DNA of 64,000 bases from Podarcis tiliguerta (GCA_965153285.1 OZ229112.1), one strand, 5' to 3'; shown: positions 50,305-63,730, numbered from the stretch's first letter. Made by a program: numbers and translations. Notes: generated from the letters alone by a model not told the origin.

Positions 50305-50633
50305 TTTATTATTATCATTTATGCATTTTCTGGTTTCTATTTAGATATCATATTTTTTCATCATACATTGTTTCTGTACAGACTTCCCAACCTATCACTC
50401 CATGGCATTCTAAGTATACCTTGTTTTGCTGCATATCCGTTAGTTTTCCCACCCTATTTTCCTCCCATCAATTTCCTTGTTATGTTAACGGTTGCTCAAA
50501 GTATTACCCCTACTTGTAGAAAAGATTTAGTGTTATATCTTTTTAAGTACTCTCTGAAATATTCCTACTCACCACTTTTTTGTTTCTCATCCTGATTCCT
50601 TATTTTGGCTGTTGTATTTGCTAGTTCTGCAAA
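50305..50633 (-). mobile_element. 5'-truncated L1/Tx1-like insertion
   Basis: 18-bp TSD GGGGGTAACTGTGCTTTA (50287-50304 and 50634-50651); A-rich tail on -. Confidence 0.7.
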
Positions 50634-50781
50634 GGGGGTAACTGTGCTTTAAATGTATGATGTGTATGCAGCAACAGACTCTGTTTAAACTGCTGCATTC
50701 GTTGCCCCTGTGATTTTTAAATTTTTTGTCTCTGTTGCATTTTTTATTCCTGTCAAGTCAGCCCTAAGAATATCTGGGCCT

Positions 50782-51131
50782 TAATGGGCCAAAGTGGAAA
50801 ATTTAAAGTTAGATTGTTAAGATAAATTATAGAACAAAAAAATGAGAAAGAGGGAAAGGATTTGCTGAAATAGCTAATTGAACTAGAATACAAAAAAGGG
50901 AGGTGTGAGGAGGTCGATGAAACAAGTAAATGAAAGGTAAAGAAATGGAAATATTGGATGTGTTTTTAAATGTTTTTGTTTTTCTTGTTGTTTTGATGTA
51001 TTGTTTTTCTTTGTTTTTCTTTTATTTCTGATGTATTGTTTGTTAAATTTTTTACTGTTTTTTTTGTTTTTTCCTTTTTTCTTTTCTGTAACTATTAAAC
51101 TTCTAATAAATATTTTTTTTTTTAAAAAAAA
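50782..51131 (+). mobile_element. 5'-truncated L1-like 3'UTR insertion
   Basis: 16-bp TSD AAGAATATCTGGGCCT (50766-50781 and 51132-51147); AATAAA and A tail. Confidence 0.75.
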
Positions 51132-51227
51132 AAGAATATCTGGGCCTGCCCTGAAGGTGCTGTTACACCCTACACAACATTTCCTAAATTAATCATACCA
51201 TCTTCACTCAAGATTAACCCTCTGCAT

Positions 51228-51606
51228 GGAAAGCATAATGCTGGTGGTAAACAAAAAGGGTTTAAAGACTCTCTCAGTGCAAATCTAAAAAAATGTAGTA
51301 TAAACACCGACAATTGGGAAACACTGGCCTGTGATCACTCCAGCTGGAGAACAGCCTATACCAAAGGTGTCATGGACTTTGAAGATGCTCGAACTCAAGT
51401 TAAAAGGGATAAACGTGCTAAGAGGAAGGCATGCTTGGCAAATCCACACCGTGATCAACTCCTGCCCGAGAACCAATGTCCCCACTGTGGAAGGGCGTGT
51501 GGATCCAAAATTGGCCTCCACAGTCACTTACAGCCTCACTGTTAAGACCATGTTCCGGGAAGACAATCTTACTAGGCTACAAGTGATTGCCAAAGAAGAA
51601 GAAGAA
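51228..51606 (+). mobile_element. RTE-clade LINE 3' end
   Basis: Degenerate ORF end FKDSL...NWETLA...CPHCGRACGSKIGLHSH followed by a (GAA)n tail. Confidence 0.8.
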
Positions 51607-52327
51607 TAACATTGTCCAGTAGATGTCGCTATAGTTTCTTTTTATGCACTGAAACATGGGGGAGGAGAATTCCTGGTGTTTAGGGACTGTGTGTATTTGC
51701 AATAAATAGTTTTTATGCTGAACAGAAGTTAACAAATGAATTGCATTTCTTTCCTGAAAATTCTTTTTAAAGTTGCTGACCCTGGGAAAAATTGTGCAGG
51801 GATAGCACAATTAAGTCGATGCAGTAAGTCTCAGTGAAGTGTCAGATGTTACCTAGCTGCAAAATAACAGGATGAGTCCATGTTCCCTATTCTTCTGCAA
51901 CAACATGCCACCTTGGAAATCTGCAAGCCTATGAGTCCTTGTTAAGACTAATTCAAATATATACTACAGTGTAGTAATTGCACGGTTGGTCAGCAAAAGT
52001 GAAAATATGGGAACCTCTTAGTAAATAGGTTTTTCCTCAATGAAATACAACAGATTAAACTGTTATTGTTGGGAAAAGGGACTTAATTGGTTTCCTTGTC
52101 TCAAGGTAGACATGCTGAATTTGATGAGTTTGTCCCTGTTCTCCAACCTGTGGCAATCTGATCTGCAATAGGACTCATTCTGATAATCAGTTGATCCTGC
52201 TTTTGACTTACCTAACAGCCCAGCAGCTGGAACACGAATAAGGAACTTGTGGCCCTTTAAATGTTGTTGGACTCCAACTCCCATCAGCTCCAGCTACTGT
52301 GGCCAATTGCCAGGGAACTGTAGTCTT

Positions 52328-53177
52328 GTAATTTGAAGCCATTGGCTCGAGTCCTACCCACCAGAGCAGGAGAAAACAAGCTTGTTCCATCTTCCATGTG
52401 ACAGCCCTTAAGATATTTGAAGATGCCTGTCATCTCCTCTCAGTCTTCTTTTTTCCAGGCTAAACATACCCAGCTCCTTCAACTGTTCCTCATAAGGCTT
52501 GGTTTCCAGGCCCTTTATCATCTTGGTTGCCCTCCTGTGCACACATTCCAGCTTGTCAGCATCCTTTTTAAACTGTAGTGCCCAGAATTTGACACAGTAT
52601 TCTGACAGTGATCTGACAAAGGCAGAATAGAGTGGGAGTATTACCGGTACTCCCCTTGATCAGGACACAATACTTCTGTTGATGCAGCCTACAACAGCAT
52701 TAGCTTTTTTTGCTGCTGCATCACACTGTTGACTCATGTTCAGCTTGTGGTCCACTAAGACCCCTAGATTCTTTTCACATGTGTTACTAGCAAGCCATTT
52801 GTCTCCCTTCTTATATTTGTGGAGTTGGTTCTTTCTACCTAAGTGCAGAACCTTACATTTGTCCCTATTGAATTTCATTTTGTTAGTTTGGGCCCGGTTC
52901 TCCAATCTGTTAAGGTCATATTGAATCCCAATTCTGTCAATTTGGTGAGCCCCCTCTCAATTCCTTCATCCAAGCTATTTATAAAGACATTGAACAACAA
53001 CGAGCCCAGGGCAGAACCCTGTGGCACCTTACTTGTTACTTTTCCCCCAGGATGACAAAGAACATTAATGAGTACTCTTTGGGTTCAGTCAGTCAACCAG
53101 CTACAAATCCATCTAAGTTACCTCATTCAACCCACATTTCACCAGCTTTCTCATGAGGATATCATGGGAGACTTTGC
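52328..53177 (-). mobile_element. CR1 LINE ORF2 fragment
   Basis: ORF 52660-52905 [14 protein letters not shown]...LGVLVDHKLNMSQQCDAAAKKAN is the classic CR1 post-RT region. Confidence 0.9.
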
Positions 53178-53305
53178 ATGAACATTTAAGTGGGAATTTA
53201 CTACGACCGTTCCTCTTTGCTTTGCCCCCATGTGGAGCAGAAACATTTTGGCTGTTCAGTATTCCCTTGTATTGAGTTAGAAAGTATGGAAGATGCTTTC
53301 TTCAC

Positions 53306-53556
53306 AAGAAGAAGAAGAAGAGTTTGGATTTGATATCCCGCCTTTCACTCCCTTTAAGGAGTCTCAAAGCGGCTAACATTCTCCTTTCCCTTCCTCCCCC
53401 ACAACAAACACTCTGTGAGGTGAGTGCAGCTGAGAGACTTCAAAGAAGTGTGACTGGCCCAAGGTCACCCAGCAGCTGCATGTGGAGGAGCAGAGACGCG
53501 AACCCGGTTCCCCAGATTACGAGACTACCGCTCTTAACCACTACACCACACTGGCT
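53306..53556 (-). mobile_element. Full-length Squam3 SINE
   Basis: tRNA head with A/B boxes, CORE-like middle, L2-like 3' end and (TTC)n tail. Confidence 0.85.
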
Positions 53557-55330
53557 ATACAACCAAGTGGTTTCTGCTTGGAAAGGGGAGACAGAAGCAA
53601 ATATGATCTACTCTTCAAATGTCCAATGGGAACTTTCTTCCCCTAAACCTCATAGTTACATAGAATGTGTGTGTGGGGGGGGTGTCTGGATCGCAACCTG
53701 CCCCCTCCCTCTGCTTCAAACAGTTGCAGTTGAAATTGGAGGTCCTATCGTCTGCAAAAAGCCACAATAAATGCATCCCTTCTGCTCACTACATATTTAG
53801 TGCAATGTGTAGATTGGCCCTTAAAAGCTTGTGTTTTGCAAAGTTTTCATTTTGTCTCTGTTTCAGCTTCTCTCGTCATTCAGATAAGGAACAGAAAACA
53901 TAAGGGACATTGTAGCGTCAGAGTCACTCCCTGCAAAACCTTGTGTTTCCTAGGAGTCGATTACTGAGTAACTGTTGTATGGAGCTGGCAGATTTTCATG
54001 TTTGACTATTGCCTTATGACAAATGCACAGTGTGTATAGTCTATGGGAGAATGCTAATCCAAATTTTGGAAGACATGCGTGGGTGTTTATGTTGATTTGT
54101 GGCTTCTAAAAGGAATGAACTGCTTTATATCTGAGAAGAAGACTGGGGTCAGGAAGGATAAATAGATGTCATTCATGGAATTATTGGCTCATTTTTAGGT
54201 CTGGACAACATCATGCTAAAGGAAATACCACAAGCTTTTTTTTTGTTTTAAAGCAAGCTCTAATTGAAGGGCCATTGTTAAAATCAGTGTAGTCAATGAC
54301 ACTGTCTCGACTAAATCGTATATGACAGATGGTCATCCAATCTCTGCTTAAAAACCTCCATGACTTGTAAACCCTCTAGGCAGGAATTATGCCTCTTCTC
54401 TTATGTATACCATCTAACATATTAAAATAATTATATTATTATAAATTAATAGCAGATGTAGCAGAAGGCACTACTGAATAACTAACATGTGAGGTTCAGA
54501 TCATGGCCATGAATTTAGCTTTATATATATTTGGCAATAATTATATAATTGTCAATCTGTACTGTGCATCCTTGAAATGAAAACAGCATCTTTTCCAAGA
54601 TGTTATGACTCAGCCGAAGGGTTCCTCAACAGAAGGTGACCTGGAGCCCCTGGTATTTAGTGAAGCCTGTGAGCTGTCTAGATCGGGGGGCACAGGTGAA
54701 TCAGGACAAGGCTGCCAGAGGACTGCCCACACAGCAGAAGAGTGTGACCTTTGGAGGCCAATACTGAACAAATCCTGAGCCTGCAAGACCGACCACACCT
54801 TAAACATCTTTTTCACAACAGCCAGTGGAATTCCGTTGTATCTTGAATGTGGTTCCAGCAGCTCCAACCCTAAAGCTTCCAAACCAGGCCAGAAGACCTG
54901 CTGGAAGAGAACAATACCTTCCCATACCCTTGATAGCGCTGAAATCTGGAAGTTCTCTGTGACTCAGGGCCCAGGAGGGACAGGAAAGCTTACCTGCTTC
55001 CAATATTAAATCAATTCACTCTTTGCTGGTGCCGGCCATATGCTACATTCCTTCAAGGGGGATGTTGGTTCCCTAACTGCATCACCACCCATTACGGAAA
55101 ACTGTGTGTGATCAAGATTATCTCCCCCTTTTCCTTCTCCATTTGACACTTCCTTGTGCAAACAGTAGAGTTAGTTTACCATAAAGGAAATGCACGTCAG
55201 AGGAAACCTGGAACTCTGGAAGCAAAATCCAAACAAGTTAATGGTAAAGCTATCTAGACCAGAGACCAACATGAGGCATACAGATAACCATACTGCAAGA
55301 GATCATTACTGTACTACTCTTAGCCTTCCC

Positions 55331-55366
55331 AACAATGACAAACAATGACAAACAATGACAAACAAT
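55331..55366. repeat. 10-bp tandem repeat (AACAATGACA)x3.6
   Basis: Direct reading. Confidence 0.9.
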
Positions 55367-56735
55367 TGGAGATGTTTGCTCCAATTAAGCTTTAAAGAGT
55401 GGGTTTTGTGGGGAAAGCTCTGGAGCAAAAAAAAAGGGGGGGGGGCATTCAGACACAGAGCTTTAAAGTCCAGACTGTGCCTGGAAAGAGCAGAAGACAG
55501 GTAAGTGTGGATAAGCCCAAAGAGTTAAAACCCATTATTAAAGCGGCAAATAATAGCCGCAGAGGAAAAGAGTTCAGATTTCTGAACTTTTGTGGTGCTA
55601 AAGCTTCTAGCATTCAACTCAGTGGATGTGCTCACATGTAATGGGAAGCTATGGTTTAGTGTTATTATGACAAGCCATAGTGACTTGGGCTCATGCATTC
55701 TTCTCAGTCTCCTCTTCCAGAATGCTCAGAAGCTTTCGCTTGACTAGCCACAGTAGAGTGTTGCATCAGAACCCTAAACTGTGGTTCACCTTATCTATGG
55801 TTTATTGAAAGAAGTCACCTTTAACCCACGGTTTGAAGTTGGCCTGTTTTGATCAAGCATGACCTAAGTTGGCCTGTTTTGATCAAGCATGGTTAATCTA
55901 AAACAGAAGCGACTCCTGTGTCAGAGGAGGAGGCGGCTCCAAGGCTCATCTTATCTTGTTCTCATAATACTATGGTTTAGTATTACATCCAATCAGTCCA
56001 ATGTATTTATTATTAATCTGACTCTAGATACATGATAATCTGATGATAGCACTATTCCAGTGGACATATCCAGTAGCACATAATTAACATTATGCCTGTG
56101 CTTGAGAGCTTTGTTGAATCATGTTAAAAACCATTATGTCAGTATAAACCGTAGAACAGAATTATGTACTGCAGCTGACCTGCGTAATTTGTGATTTACC
56201 AAGCGGAATGTAGCTTGAGAAGTTGGAACTAGATGGCCCAAGGGAGCGTCTGAGTGGGATGTGGGAGGTGAAATCAGGATCCCAATAAGTGTTTTGTTTT
56301 TCCCCACCCCAGTCAGGGGGTTTATCAAGTCCCTCAATGAGCTGCTGTATGCAGTTAGTTGGGAGGTTGCACTCAGCTTGTTGGGTCAGCAAATTGTGGA
56401 GGTTTATGCAGAAGTGCCTCTTTTCAAAATCTGGCAGTCAAACATGACTTTTAAAAAAACCTGCCACTGTCTACATCTTTTACTTTAAATCAAACGGCTT
56501 CTTGATCTTCATGCAAAAAGTTTTAAGTGTGGAGTTGATGCATACTTCAGATAACAAAAGTAACCAGTCCAAGACACAGCAGGAAACACATGTATCCTCT
56601 TGGTCTTGTAATCTTTTTGAGTGTAGCCAACACTCAAGTGCAGACCCAGGCAAACAAGCTGCAGAAAATACCCTCTTCCCCACCCTCCACTAACATAGCG
56701 TTAGATGTATATTTTTCTGTTGATACAAGCTGATA

Positions 56736-56977
56736 CAGTGGTACCTCGGGTTACATATGCTTCAAGTTACATACGCTTCAGGTTACAGACTCTGCTAACC
56801 CAGAAATAGTGCTTCAGGTTAAGAACTTTGCTTCAGAATGAGAACAGAAATCGTGCTCTGGAGGCGCAGCAGCAGCAGGAGGCCCCATTAGCTGAAGTGG
56901 TGCTTCAGGTTAAGAACAGTTTCAGGTTAAGAACGGACCTCCGGAACGAATTAAGTTCTTAACCCGAGGTACCACTG
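56736..56977. mobile_element. Tc1/mariner-type MITE, 242 bp
   Basis: TIR CAGTGGTACCTCGGGTTA, TA TSD; inverted homologue of 15606-15847. Confidence 0.88.
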
Positions 56978-59299
56978 TACTCTTTCATTAAGAGTGTGAT
57001 CTACTGATTGCTGCTTTGCTACAGATAGAGGGGCTTGTCCTCCTCCCTGGCCATCTGGATGCTTCAAGGGTTTGAAAGTGCAGAGACACTACAAAATTAT
57101 TACAGAAGTGGATCCTGTCTGGAAACCATATATATTTATTGGGATTGGTGATAGAGACGGATGGAATCAATTGTGAAGCACTTAATTCGGTGCTTAATTA
57201 TCTGTTCTGTTTCATAACTAATTCAGAAAATAGTATGAACTTCAAATTAATTACAAATGCCTTCTAATGCATGTTAATGATGTCACTGGCATAGCCCAGC
57301 AAGTAAAGGACAAGATGGGGCCTCATTGCATCTGTGTACAGAAGCAAACCAGTTGTGGCACTGGTGATGTGACAGGATTCTCTACTGTACTCTAGGACAG
57401 CAAGCTAGCTTTTGGGAGAGAGCAGGGCAGGTTGCAAGATGGCACACATATCTTTGCCTGCTCACTACCCCTCAATATCTGCTGCCTGCGGGGTCTGGCA
57501 CATTTTGCCTAATAGTAAAGCTGGTCCTGTACCAGAGACCTTTTTTAATGGAATCAGAGGAGTGGTCTGCATTAATGAAGTGGTTTGATTTGTGTCTTCA
57601 TTGTCAAAAGGGGGCTGTAGAAGTAGTTACAGAGTCTGGGTGAGATCAGGAGAATATCTAATCCTGGATATTCTCAGCATCCACACAAATCCCAGGATAA
57701 AATATTTGACTATAAAGAAGTGAAATAGAATGTGTTGTTCTCTGGCTACACTTGTATTTTATTTTATTTTTAACAATTGGCTTGCTCATAAACTCCCCAC
57801 AAAACCATGCAGTAGTAGAGTGGGAGCACTTTCCAAAGGAATTTGCCATCCTAAAGGAATATTGTCCCAAGAGACCTGCAGTTTTTCCAGTAATCAGTTA
57901 CTGGATATATTTGCATCCCTACTCCAAAGGCAAACAAAAATTAGCATGTAATAGTGTGCTTGTCCCCGCCCCTTTCTACACAGAATAGGAAACTATCATA
58001 TGATAAGAGATAATTAATCTGAGGCTTCCATATACATGCAGGTGTGAGCTTCTGAGGTCTTGGTCTTCTAGCAATGCCTCCTTAATGGTTTCCTGCTTGG
58101 AATATGGTCCAGGCTTGTAACCACTGAATTCATAAGAGCGAATGGAATGCTGCCATTGTTCCTGTGGCTGTGTGTTATGAGCAGGAAGATCCTTGCATCA
58201 AATCAACAGTCAGCTGGTGCCCAGTTGGTCACAGGGGCTCTTTATAGTTGGCAAAGCAGCCACATTTTATTCAAGTAAATTAGAGCCAAGGCCCATTTTT
58301 GTCTGTAACAAGATACATTTTTGTAGCATTTCTTACATATTTTCAACCAGCTGAGAAATAAGTGCATTTCTATCCTCAGAATAACTGTAAATAATAAAGC
58401 TTCCGTTGTTGAACAGCAGAGACCACTTGATGAGAATTGCAGATGTACTTAGCCATTCTTAAGTGATACAGCATAGTCTGCTTGTTTATTCTTTTTAAAA
58501 CAAATTGTTCCTTAAAAAAAAAAAGGCAAAAATACGAATTTTACTTGAAAAGATCTCCCACCAATGTTGGAGGCAGATTAAAGGTAGGATAACCCAGAAG
58601 CAGTGTAATTTATTCAGAGCAGCTTTTAAAAAGAAAACTCCACTACAAAGTTAGAGAGCTGTGCGTATGGCGGGAGGGAGGGTCATCTGGCTAAATTTAA
58701 AGACATGAGACAGAATCCTTTCCTAATCACCCACCCACCACAGAATTCCCAGAATTTCCCTGTAATTATCTGATAAAGAGGAAACTGGAGTCAAAGGAGA
58801 ATACAAAAGTAAGTAGATAAGAATTAACCCTTAACTGGAAGAGCATGTTTGGATCCAAAATCTCCCAGATCAAAGTTATGTCTAATGATGTAATCAGTGA
58901 CAAAACTGTGTGTATATACCCATATACCTTATTCACTATAGAATTAACATTGGATCTTGGTCTTATAGTACACTATTTATTTATTGCAGCGATGTACAAT
59001 GGGTAACTCTGCTCTCTGCATTTATCCTGAAGCTGCTGCAGTGAGAAAATCATGTAAACTGTTGACCTCTGAGCTCTAAAGCCCTGTCAGTGAGTAACCT
59101 TAAACAATCTGTTAAGGAACTACAGACACAAAGGCTTTCTCCACAGTACTGAGCAGGGAGATTCCACAGTAGTTGTTACAGTCATGGCGGTCACCTACAT
59201 TCTTGTAGAGGGTCACAATGCTGTAGTCCTGCATGTCTTGTGGCAAGAGGCAGGACAGGGTCTCAAACAAAGCTGGGTGCTCTTAAGCCCACAAGCCCA

Positions 59300-59751
59300 G
59301 CATGTTCACACCATGTCCTAGTGACTTCTACGCTAGCTTGGTCATGTCCACAGAATGGAAGATGGCAGGGTCCCCAAGGTTGTGTTCTACGGGGAGCTGG
59401 CTTCAGTCACTAGACACAGACTAATTCTACATTATAAAGATGTCTGCAAGCATGACATGAAGACTGGCGCCATTAACTCAGCAGTATGGGAATCCATTGC
59501 AAATGATCACAGTGCCTGGAGACAGACAGCTCGGTTGTGTGGCCACAGCAGTGACCAGAGGAGGAATGGCTGCTGGGAGGAGAAGAAATGCCATGGTGCA
59601 TCTGCAGCAGCACAACTGGACCCCTTCTTCTGCCCCAGTTGCACGTATTGGTCTCTATAGCCACAGCAGGCGTGGCAACTCTCCAGCGGGTTGACTTCAC
59701 CTTCAAAGGTGCACTCCTGCATTGTCTACCAAGACAGACAGATGCCAACAA
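59300..59751 (+). mobile_element. RTE-clade LINE 3' fragment (second family)
   Basis: LGHVHRMEDGRVPKVVFYGEL...YKDVCKHDMK...WESIANDHSAWRQ, the typical RTE ORF C-terminus. Confidence 0.8.
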
Positions 59752-59874
59752 TATGTCACCTTTTCCTCCAAGGAGTTCAAGGTGATGTACAATTGTGCAT
59801 GGTTCTCTGCTTCCCATTTTATCCTCACAACCTTGCCAGGTAGGTTAGGTTGAGATACATGACTGGCCTTAGGT

Positions 59875-59999
59875 TAAGGTTACCAGATTTTTTTCAGTGA
59901 ACACCTTTCAACTTCCTACTAAATAGATGGATTTTGTCAGGGGACTGATTTGTAAATCCCGGGACTGTCCCCGGGAAACGGGGACATCTGGTAACCTTA
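59875..59999. mobile_element. hAT MITE nested in a MIR/Squam3A-like SINE
   Basis: TIR TAAGGTTACCAGAT / ATCTGGTAACCTTA; perfect 8-bp TSD CCTTAGGT (59867-59874 and 60000-60007). Confidence 0.85.
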
Positions 60000-60359
60000 C
60001 CTTAGGTCACCCAGTGAGCTTCATGCTCCAGTGGGGATTTTAACCCTGGCCTCCCATTACCGTAACCAGGGCACCAGCTCTTAACTCTCTAGTCTATGTA
60101 GCTAAAGGGGTGTATCAATGAATACCCCCCCCACACACACTTTACTGGGTATCTTTTCTTTATTTGTGCATGCAAACGCTAATGAGTATGAGGGGAGTAG
60201 AGCCAAGCTTTCACAGAGTGCAATTGTGGGTAACTGTACTGCGAAGGGCGGGAAACGCCTCTGGCTCCTGGTGGCTTGAGATTGGGTAAGCAAAGCTCAA
60301 GTTTTCTCTGCTGGGATTTTTGGATGGCTTTGCAAAGGATGCAAAAGGAGGGGGGGACA

Positions 60360-61200
60360 GAAGCCCGTCCTCTGATGGTGATAGGGCGTCTTTCTCTGAA
60401 CTCTCCGCGGATTGGTTGGCTTCAAACCCTCTCCTCGCTTTCCCTCGGCCTCCCCCTCCCCTCTTTTCCACCGCAGCCCCGGCGGGGTTTAAAACTTGAG
60501 GGCTCGCCGCTCTCAAGGCTCGTCGACGAGAAGAGAGAGCATGGCCAGCCTGCGGGGCTTGAGCTTGTGGGCGCTGCTGGCGGCGCTGGCGGCACCCGGG
60601 AGTGGCTTCCCTCACGGGGGGCTCCTCTTCCCCTTCGGCTCGGAGCGAGGCGACGCCGAGCTGGAGGCTGGGGACGACGAGCATTCCCCGCCTCTGGAGC
60701 TCAGCACCGCGCTGCGCTTCTACGGCTCCAGCGTCGACTCCCTCTATGTGAGTGGGGGGGGGGGGGGGAGCAGCAGGCGGAGGCGACCCCCAGGGGCGGG
60801 CGAGTGAGTGAGTCCGGGGGAGAGGGGGCGGTGGCCTGGGAAAGGACTGAGGCGGAGGTCCCCTCAGCTGAGGCGAGGTTGCTGTCACTGCTGTGGGGCA
60901 ATGGCGGGGGCGGAGGGTCTGCTGCCCATTCTGTCGGCCAAGTGGGGCCAAAGGCGGTGCGGGGTAAAGGGCTTCCTGTGGCGGGAGGTTGCTTAATTCC
61001 TAAGAGGGGGAATTGCTGGGTCTGAAGACTCGTGCCCTTGGAGCCCTTTCCTCTCCTTTCCAAATGTGGCCACTGTGCCTTCTCCGGCAAGAAGAGCGCC
61101 TTCTGCCTATGCTCAGAGGCGCCGCCGCCCCTCCGCGTGACTCCTTTGTAATTCAGACCTCTCCGGGTTGAGCCTCATGACTGCAAAAGCGACGCCAGGG
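60360..61200 (+). promoter_or_regulatory. NID1 CpG island and promoter
   Basis: High GC and CpG; inverted CCAAT (ATTGG 60411), GGCGGG 60481, TATA-like TTTAAAA 60488-60494 about 50 nt before the ATG. Confidence 0.75.
60541..60747 (+). CDS. NID1: Nidogen-1 exon 1 (signal peptide and start of G1 region), 3'-partial
   Basis: MASLRGLSLWALLAALAAPGSGFPHGGLLFPFGSERGDAELEAGDDEHSPPLELSTALRFYGSSVDSLY|gtgagt. It matches the nidogen LFPFG...GD...L..GDD..SP.LEL...LRFY pattern and is divergent from GPR137B, as in other vertebrates. Confidence 0.93.
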
Positions 61201-62334
61201 GGAAAGACCAAGCGCAGATTAAGCCTGGCATGTAGGTTTCCCCATAAAAGTTCTTAAGACAAAAGGCATTTCCCTTCCCACTCATGCCTATAAATCCTCT
61301 TGCAGCGGGGTGCTTTTCAAGCCCAGGAATTCCCCGTGTGGTGTTGCCGCCGGAGGGATGTTGAGATCGATCTAAGCCGAGTTGAGCCCCTATTGAAAAC
61401 GGGGGGGGGGGGCAGCTGGCTACTCCTGACAAACGGTTTATTTCAGGAGGAGGAGAAGCAGTTGTGCAGGAGCAGGTCAAGGAGAGGGTTGCTGGGTGGG
61501 AAGGGGAGGAACTGTCCAGAACCATTTTGGCAACTCGACTAGATTTTTGCTAATTCCAAACAAAATAGAAAGCAGATGGGATTTGTCCTTTCCAGGACTT
61601 GCCGTCCCTGCTCAATGAGGGGTTGTTGCCTGGGTTTCAGCAGTTTATTCCACTGAACTATAGGTCATGCAAATAAAATTATGGCCCTATAGTTGAGTAC
61701 AAAGGGTCAGATTCTGTTCTAAGTAAATTGGCATTCTTTCTGTCAGCCAAGCATTTAGTGCATGGTGGTTCTGTTCTGCTGAATTCTGAAATGGTTTATT
61801 TTCTTACTTCTTACTTTACTCTTTTTCAGTACAGTAGGGGTTGCTTTCCTTATATTCTTCCAGAATTGTGAGGTATTTCAATATGCTTTCATCTTAACTT
61901 GGCTTATTTAAAAGGCCAAACACACTGAAATGCTTTGAATAGTGTGGCTGTGGTGAAGTACAATGCCAAACCAGAGTTGACACAAGAACAGTTAGGCACA
62001 AATTTCCTCCTCTTACATGTAGCAGTTGGTAAATTCTGGTCCTTGTTTGCTAGTTAGCCTGAACAGGCAGACCATTATTTGTGTTTGCCTGCAAACCAGA
62101 CTGACTGTAATCGAGTTTGCTGGAAAGTGCAAGCCATAGTTTTTTTGCCTGGTCTGACAAACTGGCAATGTATCGTTTGTTGAGAATAAGATCAGCACTT
62201 AACTGACACTCTGTGCAAGGGAAGAAGATGGGGGAAAGTAGAAATGCATGAGCATAAAATTCATGTCTGCACATCCTTGAAATGCTGTGCCATCTGAATG
62301 CACATTATTTTTTATTGGTACACTATAGGCTGGT

Positions 62335-62760
62335 GCTTACCTTTTAAAGCTCTGTGTGGTTTAGGATCTAGGTACTTGAAAGACCATCTTCCCTATATCA
62401 ACATGCCTGATATTAAGGTCAGTGTCACAGGTCCTTTTTTGAGTCTGGATATCCCTGCCAAGTGAAGTGAGCCGGGGGTGACTGGACCCAGGGTTTTTTT
62501 GGTTGGGTCACCCTGCTTGAAGAATTCCCACCCCACAGTGGCTTGCCTAGCACCTGCACTGCTATCTTCTGGGTGATGCCACATGAATACACTTGTGTTT
62601 TACAATGCCTTTTTACATCACAGCTCTAAAGTTTGATGGTGTCCTTAAGCATTGCTTTATTGTTCGTTATTTTACTCATTATTGTGTACAGATGCAATTT
62701 CGTGAACTACCCTGAAAAATTCAAATTGTAGGGCAGTATATCAGTCTATTAAATAAAGAA
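62335..62760 (+). mobile_element. Old L2 3' fragment
   Basis: Degenerate LTFKALCGLGSRYLKDHL motif and an L2-like tail. Confidence 0.55.
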
Positions 62761-63559
62761 GAACTGTATTCCAAGAACTGGGATACAAAATCAGACTATG
62801 CCGCACAATGCCAGTATAGCCACCAATATTTATATCACCCCATAAATTTTATTAGCTTTTTTTTACATATGAGATGCATTGGTGTAGGAAGGATCAGGGC
62901 AGGCCCAAGCAGCTGCCACCACCTCCGCCACTGGAGGAGAGGCAGTGCCATCATTGGCATCAATTTGAGGTCTTGCTGGAAATCAGCTCCAATGTCAGTG
63001 GCAGGTGGGGCAGTAGCGGTGCCAGTGTATGGCATGTTGGTGGTGTCAGCAGAGTTGGGTGGTGCAGAGGTAGAGGTGGCATGGCAGGCAGCATGGCAGA
63101 GTGGGGTGGCACATCCCATTTTGCCTCAAGCCACGAAATGGGACTGGGAGGAATGACATGTTCCATCCCTCTTTTGCCACCACTTCCTATAAGTAAGAAC
63201 CAAAGTGGTCTGGCAGAGGAGAAACAGAACATTTGGTGTGCCCTCTGGCAGCCTGTTCACTTCACTGGATGCAGTTCCTTGTTGCTTGTGGTGACTAGGC
63301 AAGAGTTTAACTTCAAGGATGCTATCAGATATAATACATTGCAGTATATGGGATAATAATATTTAGTATGGCTTTCTGCTACTTTCAGTGAAATTAACTC
63401 TACACCAATCTGATTCGAGAAGATGGCTTGTGAAACATGTTCTTCTCCTGAGGCTATCTTATTTAGAAAATGGTTTCAAGGAAATTGTAATCTGCTTTGT
63501 GCTTTTGGGATTGGGTGGGAGAGAATAAAAATCCAAGCAAATGAACACAAACTATAATT

Positions 63560-63578
63560 TTATTTATTTATTTATTTA

Positions 63579-63615
<37 letters not shown>
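63560..63615. repeat. (TTTA)n and (AT)n microsatellite
   Basis: Direct reading. Confidence 0.85.
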
Positions 63616-63618
<3 letters not shown>

Positions 63619-63730
63619 TCCTCTTGCAAAATTTCAGGGCGGTGTACTACAATGTTAAAACATTTAAAAGCAACAGAGTGCAATCATTAAAATGACAAGT
63701 TACTCCAGGGGCATTTTTAAACAACTGTCG

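Noticed and set aside
55836-55891. 26-bp direct duplication
   Set aside because: Local duplication inside a degraded repeat; no sign of function
60211-61090. 246-, 249- and 129-aa ORFs
   Set aside because: Low-complexity ORFs caused by stop-codon scarcity in the NID1 CpG island
62835-63356. Overlapping ORFs of 90-160 aa
   Set aside because: GC-rich degraded repeat, probably a hAT-like remnant; no splice-supported NID1 homology
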